64,000 nt of DNA from an uncultured Gammaproteobacteria bacterium (GTDB lineage Bacteria; Patescibacteriota; Microgenomatia; Levybacterales; GWA1-39-11): contig CAYYLC010000004.1 of NCBI GenBank assembly GCA_964472415.1, positions 33,110-97,109 on the forward strand. The letters run 5' to 3'. Position numbers and translations under genes: made by a program. Of the stretch, positions 40,950 through 51,377 are shown piece by piece. Positions within the stretch are counted from its first letter, which is position 1. The number at the start of each line of letters is the position of its first letter. The notes beneath the pieces were generated by a model. That model saw nothing but the letters and a program-made list of their open reading frames with translations. It made no database searches and was not told the DNA's origin.

Positions 40950-41631
40950 TTACACCTCCTGAAGAACTTCAGACATCCATCTCTGAATATAAACAGTAGC
41001 CTCAGGAAGAAGGCCCAGAAGCTCATCATGAAGAGACTCGAAATCCACCCCATCACGCTCAAACTCTTCTTGAACCTTCTGAAATTTTTCTCTTGCACTG
41101 TTGAGCGCGCTCTTTCCCTGCTCTATGGCATCCTTAATAATCTTGAATCTTTCTTGGACTGTCTTGAGCTCTACTTTTCGACAAACTACGTTCTCTGATA
41201 CTCCCTGGATTCTTCTAATCAATTTCCAATGAAGAATAGGAACTCTTGTTTTTTCTAGATCTTCAAGCTGCTCCATCCAGTCCTGGACGTACCAGATTGC
41301 TTCATACTTGAGCTATTTTAGTTGCAGATATTGTCTCGATAATTCCTAAAACTCCAGGATTCCTACTCGCCAAATACAAGACCGAACACGGGTAGCTCAA
41401 TCCAGCTGAACCAGGCGCTGACACGCCTAGTTTCGATTGAAGCACTTTGAGACGCCTTGCGGATATCCTCCGCGCAACACGAGCAACCATATGTGTCGCC
41501 TCTGGCCGTTCTGAGGCTCGTGAAAGCAAATCAAACCTCTCCTTCTTAATGGAACTCCTCATTGGCCATGAAGAACCCCTCCCTAACCTACATTGGTAAT
41601 GTGCGATTCCCAGAAAAACATCACACAGCAT
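40950..41631 (-). pseudogene. Orphan helical-protein gene, apparently fragmented
   Basis: The 40950 frame extends upstream (LKYEAIWYVQDWMEQL) to a TAG; a strong SD near 41580 opens only a 7-codon ORF. Confidence 0.35.
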
Positions 41632-41702
41632 GTACGTAATGCTTCTGGAAGTACAATGCGCAAATTATTTGAAATTAAAGAAGATTTGTCAAACTATAGA
41701 TT

Positions 41703-42047
41703 CTATTTCGTCAGATTTTCGAGCTTGTCTGCGGTTTTCTTACTGCCAATCACGATAATATACGTCCCGATCACAAAGCATGCACCCTTTATAAGAAAAA
41801 CTCCCACAGACGCGAGATCACTATACGTAATCTGCAGGTACGTATTCACGGCGTCGATAATAATCCCTAATGCAAGAAACAGTACGCCTGTTGCGATTGT
41901 CTTAAATCCATGTGCGAGAATCCCGCTCCCGAATTTTTTTGTAACCTGATACATAATCACTGCTGCAGCCATTGCAGCAAAGGCGGCGACAAATGAAACT
42001 CCCTGCACGAGGATGGTAAGAAATTGGAGGTTTTGCAATAAATCCAT
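41703..42047 (-). CDS. Small 3-TM membrane protein in two-component locus
   Basis: Three hydrophobic helices; operon with the response regulator. Confidence 0.75.
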   Translation of the reverse strand: MDLLQNLQFLTILVQGVSFVAAFAAMAAAVIMYQVTKKFGSGILAHGFKTIATGVLFLALGIIIDAVNTYLQITYSDLASVGVFLIKGACFVIGTYIIVIGSKKTADKLENLTK

Positions 42048-42067
42048 GGCAGTTTTTTAATCTAATT

Positions 42068-42631
42068 TCATTGTGACACATCATTCGTTTTATTTTCAAG
42101 TCCTGGCGCTGGTGAGAAAGAAGAGCTTCCCAATTCTGACAATGCCTTATTAATACTCTCCATATCTTCTTTCGCAAGACCCACTGCAGGTGCAGTGGCC
42201 TCTATCGGAGCCTGCTCTGACTGTCTCGGATTTTGTGAAACTCCATCAGAAAAAGGATTCGCCCCCATAACAGGTGCTGGCAGAGGATTATTTTGAACCT
42301 GTTTTACAGGTTCAACCTGTGAAGGCCCTGTGGAAATATGAGGAGTCAAATTATTACTCGAGATAGTCATCACACCGGGATATGTTGTCAGAATAGACTC
42401 CATAGTCTTTTTCACAATTGTTCCGGAAAGCTCTACGAACTGATTTATAAGGAGTTGGAGAATCGCTTGCGCATCACCATTTATATTTGTCACTTCTCCA
42501 CTTGTATTTATTTCTATCCCTTGGACATTTTTTACCTTCGCAAGTGTTATATCAGGACCGAGTACGATCATCTGCTTTTTTATAAGTTCTGTGAAGATTT
42601 TTTTATAGTCTCCGTCTGTCTGTGGCTGCAT
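42068..42631 (-). CDS. Hypothetical protein: helical N-domain plus Pro/Gln-rich tail
   Basis: 187-aa ORF between the response regulator and the 3-TM gene. Confidence 0.75.
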   Translation of the reverse strand: MQPQTDGDYKKIFTELIKKQMIVLGPDITLAKVKNVQGIEINTSGEVTNINGDAQAILQLLINQFVELSGTIVKKTMESILTTYPGVMTISSNNLTPHISTGPSQVEPVKQVQNNPLPAPVMGANPFSDGVSQNPRQSEQAPIEATAPAVGLAKEDMESINKALSELGSSSFSPAPGLENKTNDVSQ

Positions 42632-42673
42632 AATAAATGAAATTTTTACTTTCTAACGTATATCATTCTCATC

Positions 42674-43045
42674 TTATTCTCCTAAAATCGTCTTTACTTT
42701 CGCTACCAAATCATCTGCTGAAACTTGATATTTAAGAATATAATCTTGTGCGCCAAAATTCAGTGCCTCTTTTACCATATCGTCATGCCCAAAATTCGTA
42801 AGCATAGAAACATGGATTTGGGCACTTGCTGGATTCGCCTTAATAGCTTTCAACGCTTCATTACCACTCATATTCGGCATCATCTGATCAAGCAAAATCA
42901 AATCAAACTGTTGTGACGCAGAAAGATCTACTGCTTCTTTTCCATTCCCCGCAATCACAACTTCATACCCCGCAGCTTGTAACGCCACGTAGTATACATT
43001 TCGTATCTCCTCCTCATCATCCACGAGGAGGATCCTTTTTGCCAT
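42674..43045 (-). CDS. Single-domain (CheY-like) response regulator
   Basis: ILLVDD, DLILLDQMMP, MLTN, GAQDYILK. Confidence 0.93.
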   Translation of the reverse strand: MAKRILLVDDEEEIRNVYYVALQAAGYEVVIAGNGKEAVDLSASQQFDLILLDQMMPNMSGNEALKAIKANPASAQIHVSMLTNFGHDDMVKEALNFGAQDYILKYQVSADDLVAKVKTILGE

Positions 43046-43225
43046 ATCTTAACCGTAGCACTCTGAAAAATAAAAATCAAGGATTTGAAGAAATCACAAA
43101 ATATAAGTATAAACCACCCCTAGAGAAGATCTACTACCAATCCCTTTTTTTTCAGATCATCGATAGAACTACTCCCAAGACCTTACGAGAAACCTACAGA
43201 GAGTATCAAAAAATCAATCAGATGT

Positions 43226-44059
43226 TCACTGAACCACGTTAAACCCTTGACCATTACTGGTAATTACGATATCACCTTCAAAAGTTGTTTTATATTGTAA
43301 GTCAGCATTTTTCAACGCCTCTATAACCTCCTTATGCGGATGGTCAAAACGGTTGTCTTTTCCGGCGGAAATAATGGATAGTTCTGGACGAAAATTCTCA
43401 AAGGTTTTTTCATCAGTTCCCGTTCGTGATCCGTGATGCGAGAGCTTAAAAATATCGATATGATTTAAATCAGGTAATAGGATATTGAGATATTCTTTAT
43501 CAACATCACCTGGCAAAATAGCCTCAAAATCCTGATAGTCCAGAAGCATTACCAGCGAACTATTATTCCTATCATCATCTACGTCGGTAAATGCTTTCGG
43601 CGGCCAGAGAATGTCGAGCTGTAACTGCTCATTCACTTTTATACTCTCCCCCTGCTCAAGCCTACGAATGGGAACGTTGAGCTTTTCTAGCTTCTGAAGA
43701 AGCGCCTGATACCCCAAAACGTCACTATCCCCGTGACTCGTCGCAAAATGGGTGACCGTGTAGCTATCCAAAACATCCAGAAACCCTGCGTAATGATCAC
43801 TATCAGCATGCGTTACCACCATAAGCTCAATATTCCGGTCAAATAAACTCATATGACGATTTAAACACTCCACAATACTTCCATCAGGTCCGCCATCTAT
43901 CACTATATCTTCGGAAAATGCTCTCATATAAATCCCATCTCCCTGCCCTACGTTACAAAACACCATAAAAAATGGACTCTTTGAAGCGACATAGAACTGT
44001 GAAATTAAAATCCCCACTATGATAATAAATGAGGCTATTAAAAATCCTACAAGTTTCAT
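43226..44059 (-). CDS. ComEC metallo-beta-lactamase domain (stand-alone)
   Basis: VGQGDG, THADSDHYAG, NNSSLV, HHGSRTG, SAGKDNRFDHPH. Confidence 0.9.
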   Translation of the reverse strand: MKLVGFLIASFIIIVGILISQFYVASKSPFFMVFCNVGQGDGIYMRAFSEDIVIDGGPDGSIVECLNRHMSLFDRNIELMVVTHADSDHYAGFLDVLDSYTVTHFATSHGDSDVLGYQALLQKLEKLNVPIRRLEQGESIKVNEQLQLDILWPPKAFTDVDDDRNNSSLVMLLDYQDFEAILPGDVDKEYLNILLPDLNHIDIFKLSHHGSRTGTDEKTFENFRPELSIISAGKDNRFDHPHKEVIEALKNADLQYKTTFEGDIVITSNGQGFNVVQ

Positions 44060-45285
44060 TTAATTTTCTTTCTCCGCACTAAAAACCATACCAAAAGTAC
44101 ATAATAAACTACCGCCACAGGAAACGCTAGGCTTGTAATACTCAAGGGAATATAGAATTTTGAACCAAATCCTACCACAATCGTAAAATATTTAAGCAAT
44201 GGATACAAAAGAAGCAAGAATGGGGCTGCGAGTGCCGAATGAATAAGTCCCACTATGCCACTAATGAGTCCAAATACCATAATAATCGGGATCGTCCAAA
44301 GTAGCAACATATTCATAAAAATTGAAAGGAGATTTACTTCACCAAAGGCAAATAGTAAAAATGGCAAGGCCCCGATCTGTGCTGATATCGTCGTCGCAAA
44401 ATCCTCCTTGACAATTCGCGGTATGAAATACGAAACAGCGCGAATGATCTTTTGAAAAAGGACTATTCCCAACGTCGCACTAAATGAAAGCTGAAAAGAA
44501 ATTTCTGATAGGAGTTTTGGGCTCATCATAAGCATTAGCCACCCGGAAAGAATAAGAGATAAAAATGCAACGCGCTGTCTCCCTAAGACCATTCCAACAA
44601 ATGCAAATGACGCCATAATGCTTGCTCTCACAATTGGACTATTAAATCCTGTCAAAAGTGCGTAGAAGAATAAAAGCGTAATCGTTATAAAAACTGCATA
44701 CTTCTTTCGCATAATTCTTCCTAATACTAAAAACACCACACCAGAAACAAGTGCTATATTTGAACCTGACGCAACTACTACATGTAACATGCCGGAACGG
44801 ATCAATTCTTCACGAAACGTTTCACGAAGTCCATCCTCCACTCCCAAAACAATTCCAGCAATTAGTCCTGCTTCTTGCGAAGGTAGATGTAATTTATAGG
44901 CTAGTAAAACTTTTTGGCGGATAAATCCAATAATTGCTAATCTTCTATCAGGGGAATATTTGAGCTCAGGATCTTTCAGGATCAATTGCTCTGGCGCACG
45001 AAGATCATGACTGCTAGAACGACTTTCTATAATGCCCTCCATGAGTATATTCTCACCATAATTAAACTCGGGATACCGTGGCAAACTAACAAGAAGATTT
45101 TCCTTGTAAAAATATTGGTTAAATTCAGTTTTTTGCGGAAGTTCAAGAAATGTATGCTCTACTTTCACATGCTGCCCAGCCTGAAACTTACTCTCTGGAG
45201 AAAAAAACACCACTAAGCGAACACAGAGAGCAAAAATGAGTACAAGAACCACGAGAAAAAGCGTCTCATATTGCCTTAATTTCAT
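44056..45285 (-). CDS. comEC: ComEC/Rec2 competence membrane domain
   Basis: GMLHVVVASGSN, PIVRASIM, SFQLSFSATLG. Confidence 0.92.
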   Translation of the reverse strand: MKLRQYETLFLVVLVLIFALCVRLVVFFSPESKFQAGQHVKVEHTFLELPQKTEFNQYFYKENLLVSLPRYPEFNYGENILMEGIIESRSSSHDLRAPEQLILKDPELKYSPDRRLAIIGFIRQKVLLAYKLHLPSQEAGLIAGIVLGVEDGLRETFREELIRSGMLHVVVASGSNIALVSGVVFLVLGRIMRKKYAVFITITLLFFYALLTGFNSPIVRASIMASFAFVGMVLGRQRVAFLSLILSGWLMLMMSPKLLSEISFQLSFSATLGIVLFQKIIRAVSYFIPRIVKEDFATTISAQIGALPFLLFAFGEVNLLSIFMNMLLLWTIPIIMVFGLISGIVGLIHSALAAPFLLLLYPLLKYFTIVVGFGSKFYIPLSITSLAFPVAVVYYVLLVWFLVRRKKIK

Positions 45286-45287
45286 AG

Positions 45288-45893
45288 CTATGGGGCTACA
45301 ACTAAATCTTTTATCGCCTCAAAGACACTGACTCCCACGACTTTTCTCACAATCAAATCATTCACACTCTCATAAGGCCTACCAGAAATAATTTTCTCAG
45401 CAGTCACTGAGCCTATTCTTGGAAGTTCTTCGAGCTTACTTTTCGAGGCCGAATTGAGATTTATCAATCCATCTGAAGTTGAAACGTCCCCCAAAACTTC
45501 TGTAACTTCTTCGCCCTGAAATGGGATATATAGCTTCATTCCATCGACAAGAAGTTGTGCTTGATTAAGATTTTTACTGAGATATTCTTCATTCACATCA
45601 TCAATAAAATCTCCGGCAGATTGTATCGCATCACTAATTCGAGCACCTTGTGAAAATTCATATACACCAGGGTTATTTACCGCACCTGAGATATCGATAA
45701 AAATTGATTTCGCTTCATTTTCTACTTCATCAGATACAAATTCTATTCCCGAATTCTGCTGTTCTGAAAAAAACTGCAGCCCGCCCACAATAAGCATAAG
45801 CACCCCTCCAAGAACCAAGATAACAAGTAAAATATTTTTCTTAAAAAGACTAGCAGTACTATTTAGCGAGAATAATTCACTTTTCTCGTCCAT
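45288..45893 (-). CDS. comEA: ComEA DNA receptor (SLBB + HhH)
   Basis: DISGAVNNPGVY, LNQAQLLVDGMKLYIP, INLNSAS..LEELPRIGSVTAEKII. Confidence 0.92.
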   Translation of the reverse strand: MDEKSELFSLNSTASLFKKNILLVILVLGGVLMLIVGGLQFFSEQQNSGIEFVSDEVENEAKSIFIDISGAVNNPGVYEFSQGARISDAIQSAGDFIDDVNEEYLSKNLNQAQLLVDGMKLYIPFQGEEVTEVLGDVSTSDGLINLNSASKSKLEELPRIGSVTAEKIISGRPYESVNDLIVRKVVGVSVFEAIKDLVVAP

Positions 45894-45942
45894 GAAAATA
45901 GTATAGAGGATAGAAATGGCAAATGATATATGATGAACAGAG

Positions 45943-45985
45943 AAAAAACTGGGGCGGGAGTCGGATAGAACCGACCAACCCGCCC
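45943..45985 (-). terminator. Rho-independent terminator
   Basis: GGGCGGG..GTCGG/CCGAC..CCCGCCC stem with a T tract on the minus strand. Confidence 0.65.
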
Positions 45986-46021
45986 ATATTGACAAACAGA
46001 CCCTATACAAGCAAAACCTCT

Positions 46022-46537
46022 TCAAGAATGAAGCTGAACAGCCTTCCTAAATTTCTTAAGAACCCTGTCTGGCATAAGCTGCTTCGGGTACAACAAAACA
46101 GCAGACCTAGATCCATCATCTAAATAATGTCCGAAGACAATGAAGGCGATGGGAAGACTTCTAGTCAAAGCATTCTGGATTGTTAAATCCCATATATCTT
46201 TTTCTCCTTGAGAACCTGAACTGAAATCTGAAAGAATGAACTCCTCAAGAATCCTCCTTTGTTTTGCAAGATACTCCTCTCTAATCCTGAACTTATGGAT
46301 TTGCCCTCTAACTCTCTGGGGATCTGGCGAAGAGGAGCTTATCGAAATATAAATATATGATGGATCGATCGGAAGCAGCAGAGCAAATGCTTCCGGAAAA
46401 AACGGTGCGTCTCGGAATTCGTCTAATCCAACATTGGAGTATCCTGCATCTTGAATGTCACCAGTACGCCAAACGTTGATAAAGTTGTTGAACATCCGCT
46501 GAACCTGATGTGCTTGATCTTGGCTAATACTTGCCAT
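46022..46537 (-). CDS. Hypothetical protein
   Basis: 171-aa ORF with its own promoter, leader and terminator. Confidence 0.65.
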   Translation of the reverse strand: MASISQDQAHQVQRMFNNFINVWRTGDIQDAGYSNVGLDEFRDAPFFPEAFALLLPIDPSYIYISISSSSPDPQRVRGQIHKFRIREEYLAKQRRILEEFILSDFSSGSQGEKDIWDLTIQNALTRSLPIAFIVFGHYLDDGSRSAVLLYPKQLMPDRVLKKFRKAVQLHS

Positions 46538-46719
46538 AATAAAGCCTTTTTTCCTTTCTGCTTATCCCGACTCTTCAGCCGGAATAGTGTCAATGTACGT
46601 ATGTCCCGATTAACGGAACTCGACGGAATCAAGCCTAAAAAAACACTGCTCCGCAAAACGGCTATGCTTTCGGCTGAAAACCTCAGCGCAATTATATACT
46701 TCCTTTTGGAAGAAATCAA
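46538..46719 (-). promoter_or_regulatory. Promoter plus ~150-nt structured 5' leader
   Basis: TTGATT-17-TATAAT (46719-46691); TTCAGCCG/CGGCTGAA helix enclosing internal stems. Confidence 0.5.
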
Positions 46720-46728
46720 ACTATGGGT

Positions 46729-49341
46729 CTAGATTACGAAGTTGACTATTTTTCCACGGACATAAATTGTCTTTTTAATTTCTTTTCCCTCAAGATATTT
46801 ATTGGCAGTCTCTTTTGCCATCTTTTCAATTTCACTTTGATTTTCTCTCTTTTCCTTGTTCACTTCTAGCTCAAACTCTCCCCTTCTCTTGCCGTTAATT
46901 TGAACTACGATAGTTACACTTGAGCTCAAAATCTTATTTTCATCATACTGAGGCCATTCTGACGTGTGAATTGAATTTGAATTTCCCATCCTGCTCCATA
47001 ATTCTTCAGTCAAGTGAACTGCAAATGGAGATAAGAGCTTTAGATAGACCTCTTTTTCTTCTCTTGAGACGAATTCTGTCTTTGTAAGCTCGTTATGCCA
47101 TTCCATAAGTGACGCTATGGCTGTGTTATACTTCAAACTAGCTATATCCTCTGTCACCTTTTTTATCGTCTTATTCATCATAATAATCCTTTCATCATTT
47201 AAGTCACCATCCTCAGACAAGCTAAAAAGCCTCCAAACTCTTTTTAGATATCTAAATATGCCCTCTATTCCACTATCCTTAAAATCTCCACCATCACTAT
47301 ATGGACCTAGAAACATCAAATAAGTTCTTAAACTATCTGCTCCATATTTATTGATATATTCATCCGGCACAACAACATTTCCTTTGGATTTACTCATCTT
47401 CGCTCCGTCTTTAATAATAAGACCATGAGCGTAAAATCGTGAAAATGGCTCTTCAAAGCTCAAAAGCTTCAAATCGGATAGCACCATCGTGACAAAACGC
47501 GAATAGAGAAGGTGTAGCACACTATGCTCTGCACCGCCAATATACATATCGACAGGAAGCCATTTACTAACTCTATCTATATCGAAAGCTTCATTTTCTA
47601 TATCAGTATTTGGGTATCTCAAGAAATACCACGCGCTATCCAAAAATGTATCTGATACATCAGTTTCACGAGTAGCAGGACTGCCGCACTCGGGACACGT
47701 AGTCTCATAAAATTCCGGATGATTCGCGAGTGGCGCCTTACCAGTCCCCATAGGTTTCCAGTCTTCTACCTCAGGAAGCTTTACGGGCAATTCGTCATCG
47801 GAAACCGGATACCATCCAGCCATATTATCAAAAGTATGGGAACCTTCTCCTTCTTCTTGGCTTTTGATTTTTAGTGAAATCTCTTTCCTATCTGTAGTGG
47901 TAAACCAAGATTTTCCTCCATGGGCACATTTCTCACAATAAATCATCGGGATTGGTGGCCCCCAATATCTTTGCCGTGAGATGAGCCAATCCCTCAAATG
48001 AAACTGCACGTTCTTTGTACCTATTCCCCGCGACTCTAAGTCGGTAATTACTTTCTGCATATCGTGTGGTACGTGAAAACCGTCCCAATTATCTGAACCT
48101 ATAATAATTCCTTGACCGAGATAGGCATTTTCCATTTTCACGTTGTCTTCATTTTCAACTTTCCCTTGTATTACTGGGATTATCTCAAGATTATACTTCT
48201 TAGCAAACTCGAAGTCTCTCTGATCATGAGCTGGGACTGCCATAATCGCACCCGTCCCATAGGATCCTAAAACGTAATCTGCCACCCATATCGGGATCTG
48301 CTTCCCATTCACTGGGTTTATTGCATACAATCCGGTAAACACTCCTGTTTTTTCTTTCCCTTCTGCAGTTCGCTCTATTTCTGAGACGCTCTTCGCCTCA
48401 GCAATATATTTTTTTACCTCATCTGACTTAATTTGTGAAAGAATTCTGTGCTCTGGTGCCACAACCAAAAATGTCGCTCCATAAAGAGTATCCGGGCGTG
48501 TAGTAAAAACCTTAATAGTACTTTCCGATGAAAATTGAGCGTCGTCAGAACGAATATCCGCATCAATTACTTCAAACTCTACTTCCGCACCTTCGGACCT
48601 CCCAATCCAATTCCGCTGCGCTATTTTAACTCGTTCAGTCCAATCAAGGTCATCCAAATTATCCAGAAGCCTCTGAGCATACTTCGTTATACGGAAGAAC
48701 CATTGCTCCAGATCTTTCTTTTGGACCTTGCTACCACACCGCTCACATAATCCTGCTATCACCTGCTCATCAGAAAGGACTGTCATGCACGAAGGACACC
48801 AGTTCACTTCTGCTTTCTTACGATACGCAAGGCCATTTTTAAACATCTGGATAAATAACCACTGGGTCCACTGATAATAATCTGGATTATAGGTCTCAAC
48901 AGTCCGAGTAAAGTCAAAGCTATTTCCAATAGAGCGCAATTGTCGATAAAAATTTTTCTCAGAAATTTCAGCCTGAGCAGCCGGATGGCGACCCACCTTT
49001 AATGCATAGTTTTCACTATGAATCCCAAACCCATCAAGTCCAATCGGCTCAAACACCTCATTTCCTTGCATTCTCTTAAAACGCCCGTATATATCTGCAC
49101 CAGTAAACGCATACATATTACCTACATGAAGCCCTTCTGCTGATGGATACGGGAACATCATCAGATTATAAAAAGGCATAGATCTTTTTCCTACCGTAGA
49201 CGAAGTTGAAGCATCTTGACTCAGCACTTCTGATACGCTTTTGCTAACAGCCTCAATATCAGGAGAATAAACCCTGTCACTCTCCCATTTCTTCTGCCAT
49301 TTCGGTTCGATTTCGTTTGGTTTGTACTTATTATCTTTCAT
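46729..49341 (-). CDS. leuS: Leucine--tRNA ligase
   Basis: MFPYPSAEGLHVGN, DWLISRQRYWGPPIP, YIGGAEHSVLHLLYSRF, KMSKSKGN. Confidence 0.97.
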   Translation of the reverse strand: MKDNKYKPNEIEPKWQKKWESDRVYSPDIEAVSKSVSEVLSQDASTSSTVGKRSMPFYNLMMFPYPSAEGLHVGNMYAFTGADIYGRFKRMQGNEVFEPIGLDGFGIHSENYALKVGRHPAAQAEISEKNFYRQLRSIGNSFDFTRTVETYNPDYYQWTQWLFIQMFKNGLAYRKKAEVNWCPSCMTVLSDEQVIAGLCERCGSKVQKKDLEQWFFRITKYAQRLLDNLDDLDWTERVKIAQRNWIGRSEGAEVEFEVIDADIRSDDAQFSSESTIKVFTTRPDTLYGATFLVVAPEHRILSQIKSDEVKKYIAEAKSVSEIERTAEGKEKTGVFTGLYAINPVNGKQIPIWVADYVLGSYGTGAIMAVPAHDQRDFEFAKKYNLEIIPVIQGKVENEDNVKMENAYLGQGIIIGSDNWDGFHVPHDMQKVITDLESRGIGTKNVQFHLRDWLISRQRYWGPPIPMIYCEKCAHGGKSWFTTTDRKEISLKIKSQEEGEGSHTFDNMAGWYPVSDDELPVKLPEVEDWKPMGTGKAPLANHPEFYETTCPECGSPATRETDVSDTFLDSAWYFLRYPNTDIENEAFDIDRVSKWLPVDMYIGGAEHSVLHLLYSRFVTMVLSDLKLLSFEEPFSRFYAHGLIIKDGAKMSKSKGNVVVPDEYINKYGADSLRTYLMFLGPYSDGGDFKDSGIEGIFRYLKRVWRLFSLSEDGDLNDERIIMMNKTIKKVTEDIASLKYNTAIASLMEWHNELTKTEFVSREEKEVYLKLLSPFAVHLTEELWSRMGNSNSIHTSEWPQYDENKILSSSVTIVVQINGKRRGEFELEVNKEKRENQSEIEKMAKETANKYLEGKEIKKTIYVRGKIVNFVI

Positions 49342-49526
49342 AGCAATACTGTCTTTAACCTGCTATAAGTATATTCCAGTATTAAAGACTATTTCGCCTC
49401 AATTCTAGAAATACTCACTCTCTATTTCCTATAGATCATTTTACCAAAAGAACCTATATATTTATAGCGTATTGAGAAAATAGTATGCAAACTGAAAGAA
49501 AAGGGCATTTTATACAAGAATTATAC

Positions 49527-49925
49527 TTATTTTCGCTTCTTTTTAGTGCCAAGCGTTATCGTAACATGATCTATGGTCGCCTCAAATCTTCCAAGAAATT
49601 GCGCCCACTGCGGATCTTTTTCAAGCCTACCAAAAAACATCTTGACCCCACTCCCTTTAGCTTTTAACTTTTCATTCATTCGCCACACGGTGGGCGTAGA
49701 TACATTGAGAACTTTCGCGATTGTCCGTTGATCATAACCTTTCAAAAGCATGAATGCTACAGTAAGCCGCTTTGAAATAATAGTTCGCTCCGTACTACTC
49801 AGAATATCTTGGAAAAAAAAGGCAGACTCTGTTTGCCCACTAAGCTCACTCACTCCTTTCAAGAATAAATCAGATACTCCTTCCTCAATACTCTTTTCAA
49901 GTTTCCGTTTAGAAGTTTGAGCCAT
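49527..49925 (-). CDS. TrpR-like (YerC/YecD) DNA-binding protein
   Basis: LSSTERTIISKRLTVAFML.KGY..RTIAKVLNVSTPTV. Confidence 0.85.
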   Translation of the reverse strand: MAQTSKRKLEKSIEEGVSDLFLKGVSELSGQTESAFFFQDILSSTERTIISKRLTVAFMLLKGYDQRTIAKVLNVSTPTVWRMNEKLKAKGSGVKMFFGRLEKDPQWAQFLGRFEATIDHVTITLGTKKKRK

Positions 49926-50019
49926 AAATATAGATTACACGATTTAAGTCGATGTTGCAATACTTTTATTTTTTCACCCCCAACTCCAACTCTAAGATCT
50001 TTTATGATATTATTAGGAG

Positions 50020-50622
50020 ATGAGCTATCTCACCAAATATATAGCGGTTATTCTCTCCTTCCTTTTCACCGGGATCATAAAAAGTAGCCCACTCGAATCC
50101 CAAATGGGTTTTATCCTCGCTGCGCTCATTATCTTTGCCATCATATACATAATAAGCCAACGAAGAAATCCTACATTTAACAAACTCTTCTCTGGCAACC
50201 CCCCTGAAATATTTTTTATTAGTAGCATCGTAATTCTTATGATAGAAGTATCGGGAGGAGCGAACTCATCACTCTACTTTTTGAGCTATTTTCTCTTGTT
50301 TGGCCTCCCCTTAATTAGCACACCTTATATGTCTCTCGCAGTGACGCTCTGCTTTATAGCATTCTATATGCCAGATCTCCTCCGAAGCTTTAACACTGAT
50401 ATAATCCTCAAGATAGGCTCATTTCTCCTCCTCCTCCCTTTATCGTATTTTCTTTCAAATGAGCTCATGAAACGCTCTCGTGAAAATGAAGACCTCAAAG
50501 ATCTTGCAGAAAAAATTGAACTCGAGGCAACAGAGTTGGAAGCAAATGAAGCTGATATGCATGAGAGGGAAAAGCTCGACGAGATCATAGAATCCGCTGA
50601 AAAAATAAAGGATCAATCATGA
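50020..50622 (+). CDS. Membrane protein (sensor-kinase-like TM domain plus coiled coil)
   Basis: SGGANSSLYFLSYFLLF motif; acidic coiled-coil tail. Confidence 0.7.
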   Translation: MSYLTKYIAVILSFLFTGIIKSSPLESQMGFILAALIIFAIIYIISQRRNPTFNKLFSGNPPEIFFISSIVILMIEVSGGANSSLYFLSYFLLFGLPLISTPYMSLAVTLCFIAFYMPDLLRSFNTDIILKIGSFLLLLPLSYFLSNELMKRSRENEDLKDLAEKIELEATELEANEADMHEREKLDEIIESAEKIKDQS

Positions 50623-51377
50623 ATAGCTTATCTCGCCTTCTTATAGCCTCAGGAATTACCATTAGCAGTCTCTCTATTCTTATGATAGGAACACAAGTTT
50701 ACGCCCAACAAGGTGGTGGCAGACTCTCTAATGATCAATACATCTTACATGAGGGGAACTTCAACTATACTTCTGGAAAAGGAGCAAATGATGAATTTGA
50801 CCTCACATTTACAGGTGGCGAGATCGCTCAAGGTCAATTTTCTGGAGATAATTATACGGTATATTCAGGTTTCCAATACTATTACACGATTATCCCTTTT
50901 GAGTTTTCTGTTTCGAGTCAATTCATAGATTTTGGCCCTCTAATTCCAGGAACTCCGGTAACACGCACAAATCGCCTTACACTGTCAAATGGATCAGCAT
51001 TTGGGTATGAAGTACTTGCATATGAGAATCATGCTCTGAGAATAGACTCTACAGGCGTAGATATACCCGACACCACTTGCGACTCAGGAACGTGCTCGGA
51101 AACCACAAGCGATGAATGGGTCACAAATACTACATATGGATTCGGGTATCGATGTGAGAACATTACCGGCTCTGAATGTAATGCAGCCTTTACTCCTAAT
51201 TCTTATAAGCAATTTTCAAATCTTGAGCAAAATGAAACACCTGAGGCTGTTATGAGCGGTGATGATGTCGGAGAAGGATTTGAGGTAGAAATGATTTACA
51301 AAGTCAATGTATCTTCCACACAGCCTGCAGGGCTCTATCAAAACCACATTACCTATATCGCAACGCCAAGCATATAA
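50619..51377 (+). CDS. Secreted WxL-like surface protein
   Basis: Signal peptide; IDFGPLIPG, YKVNVSSTQPAGLYQNHITYIATP. Confidence 0.7.
   Translation: MNSLSRLLIASGITISSLSILMIGTQVYAQQGGGRLSNDQYILHEGNFNYTSGKGANDEFDLTFTGGEIAQGQFSGDNYTVYSGFQYYYTIIPFEFSVSSQFIDFGPLIPGTPVTRTNRLTLSNGSAFGYEVLAYENHALRIDSTGVDIPDTTCDSGTCSETTSDEWVTNTTYGFGYRCENITGSECNAAFTPNSYKQFSNLEQNETPEAVMSGDDVGEGFEVEMIYKVNVSSTQPAGLYQNHITYIATPSI

Noticed and set aside
40950-41631. Stop-codon recoding (code 25 or TAG readthrough)
   Set aside because: Conserved genes terminate normally at TGA, TAG and TAA; local decay is the simpler explanation
43226-45285. Split comEC as a pseudogene
   Set aside because: Both halves are intact with an ATGA overlap, and the MBL part has its own N-terminal TM; separate genes are common in CPR
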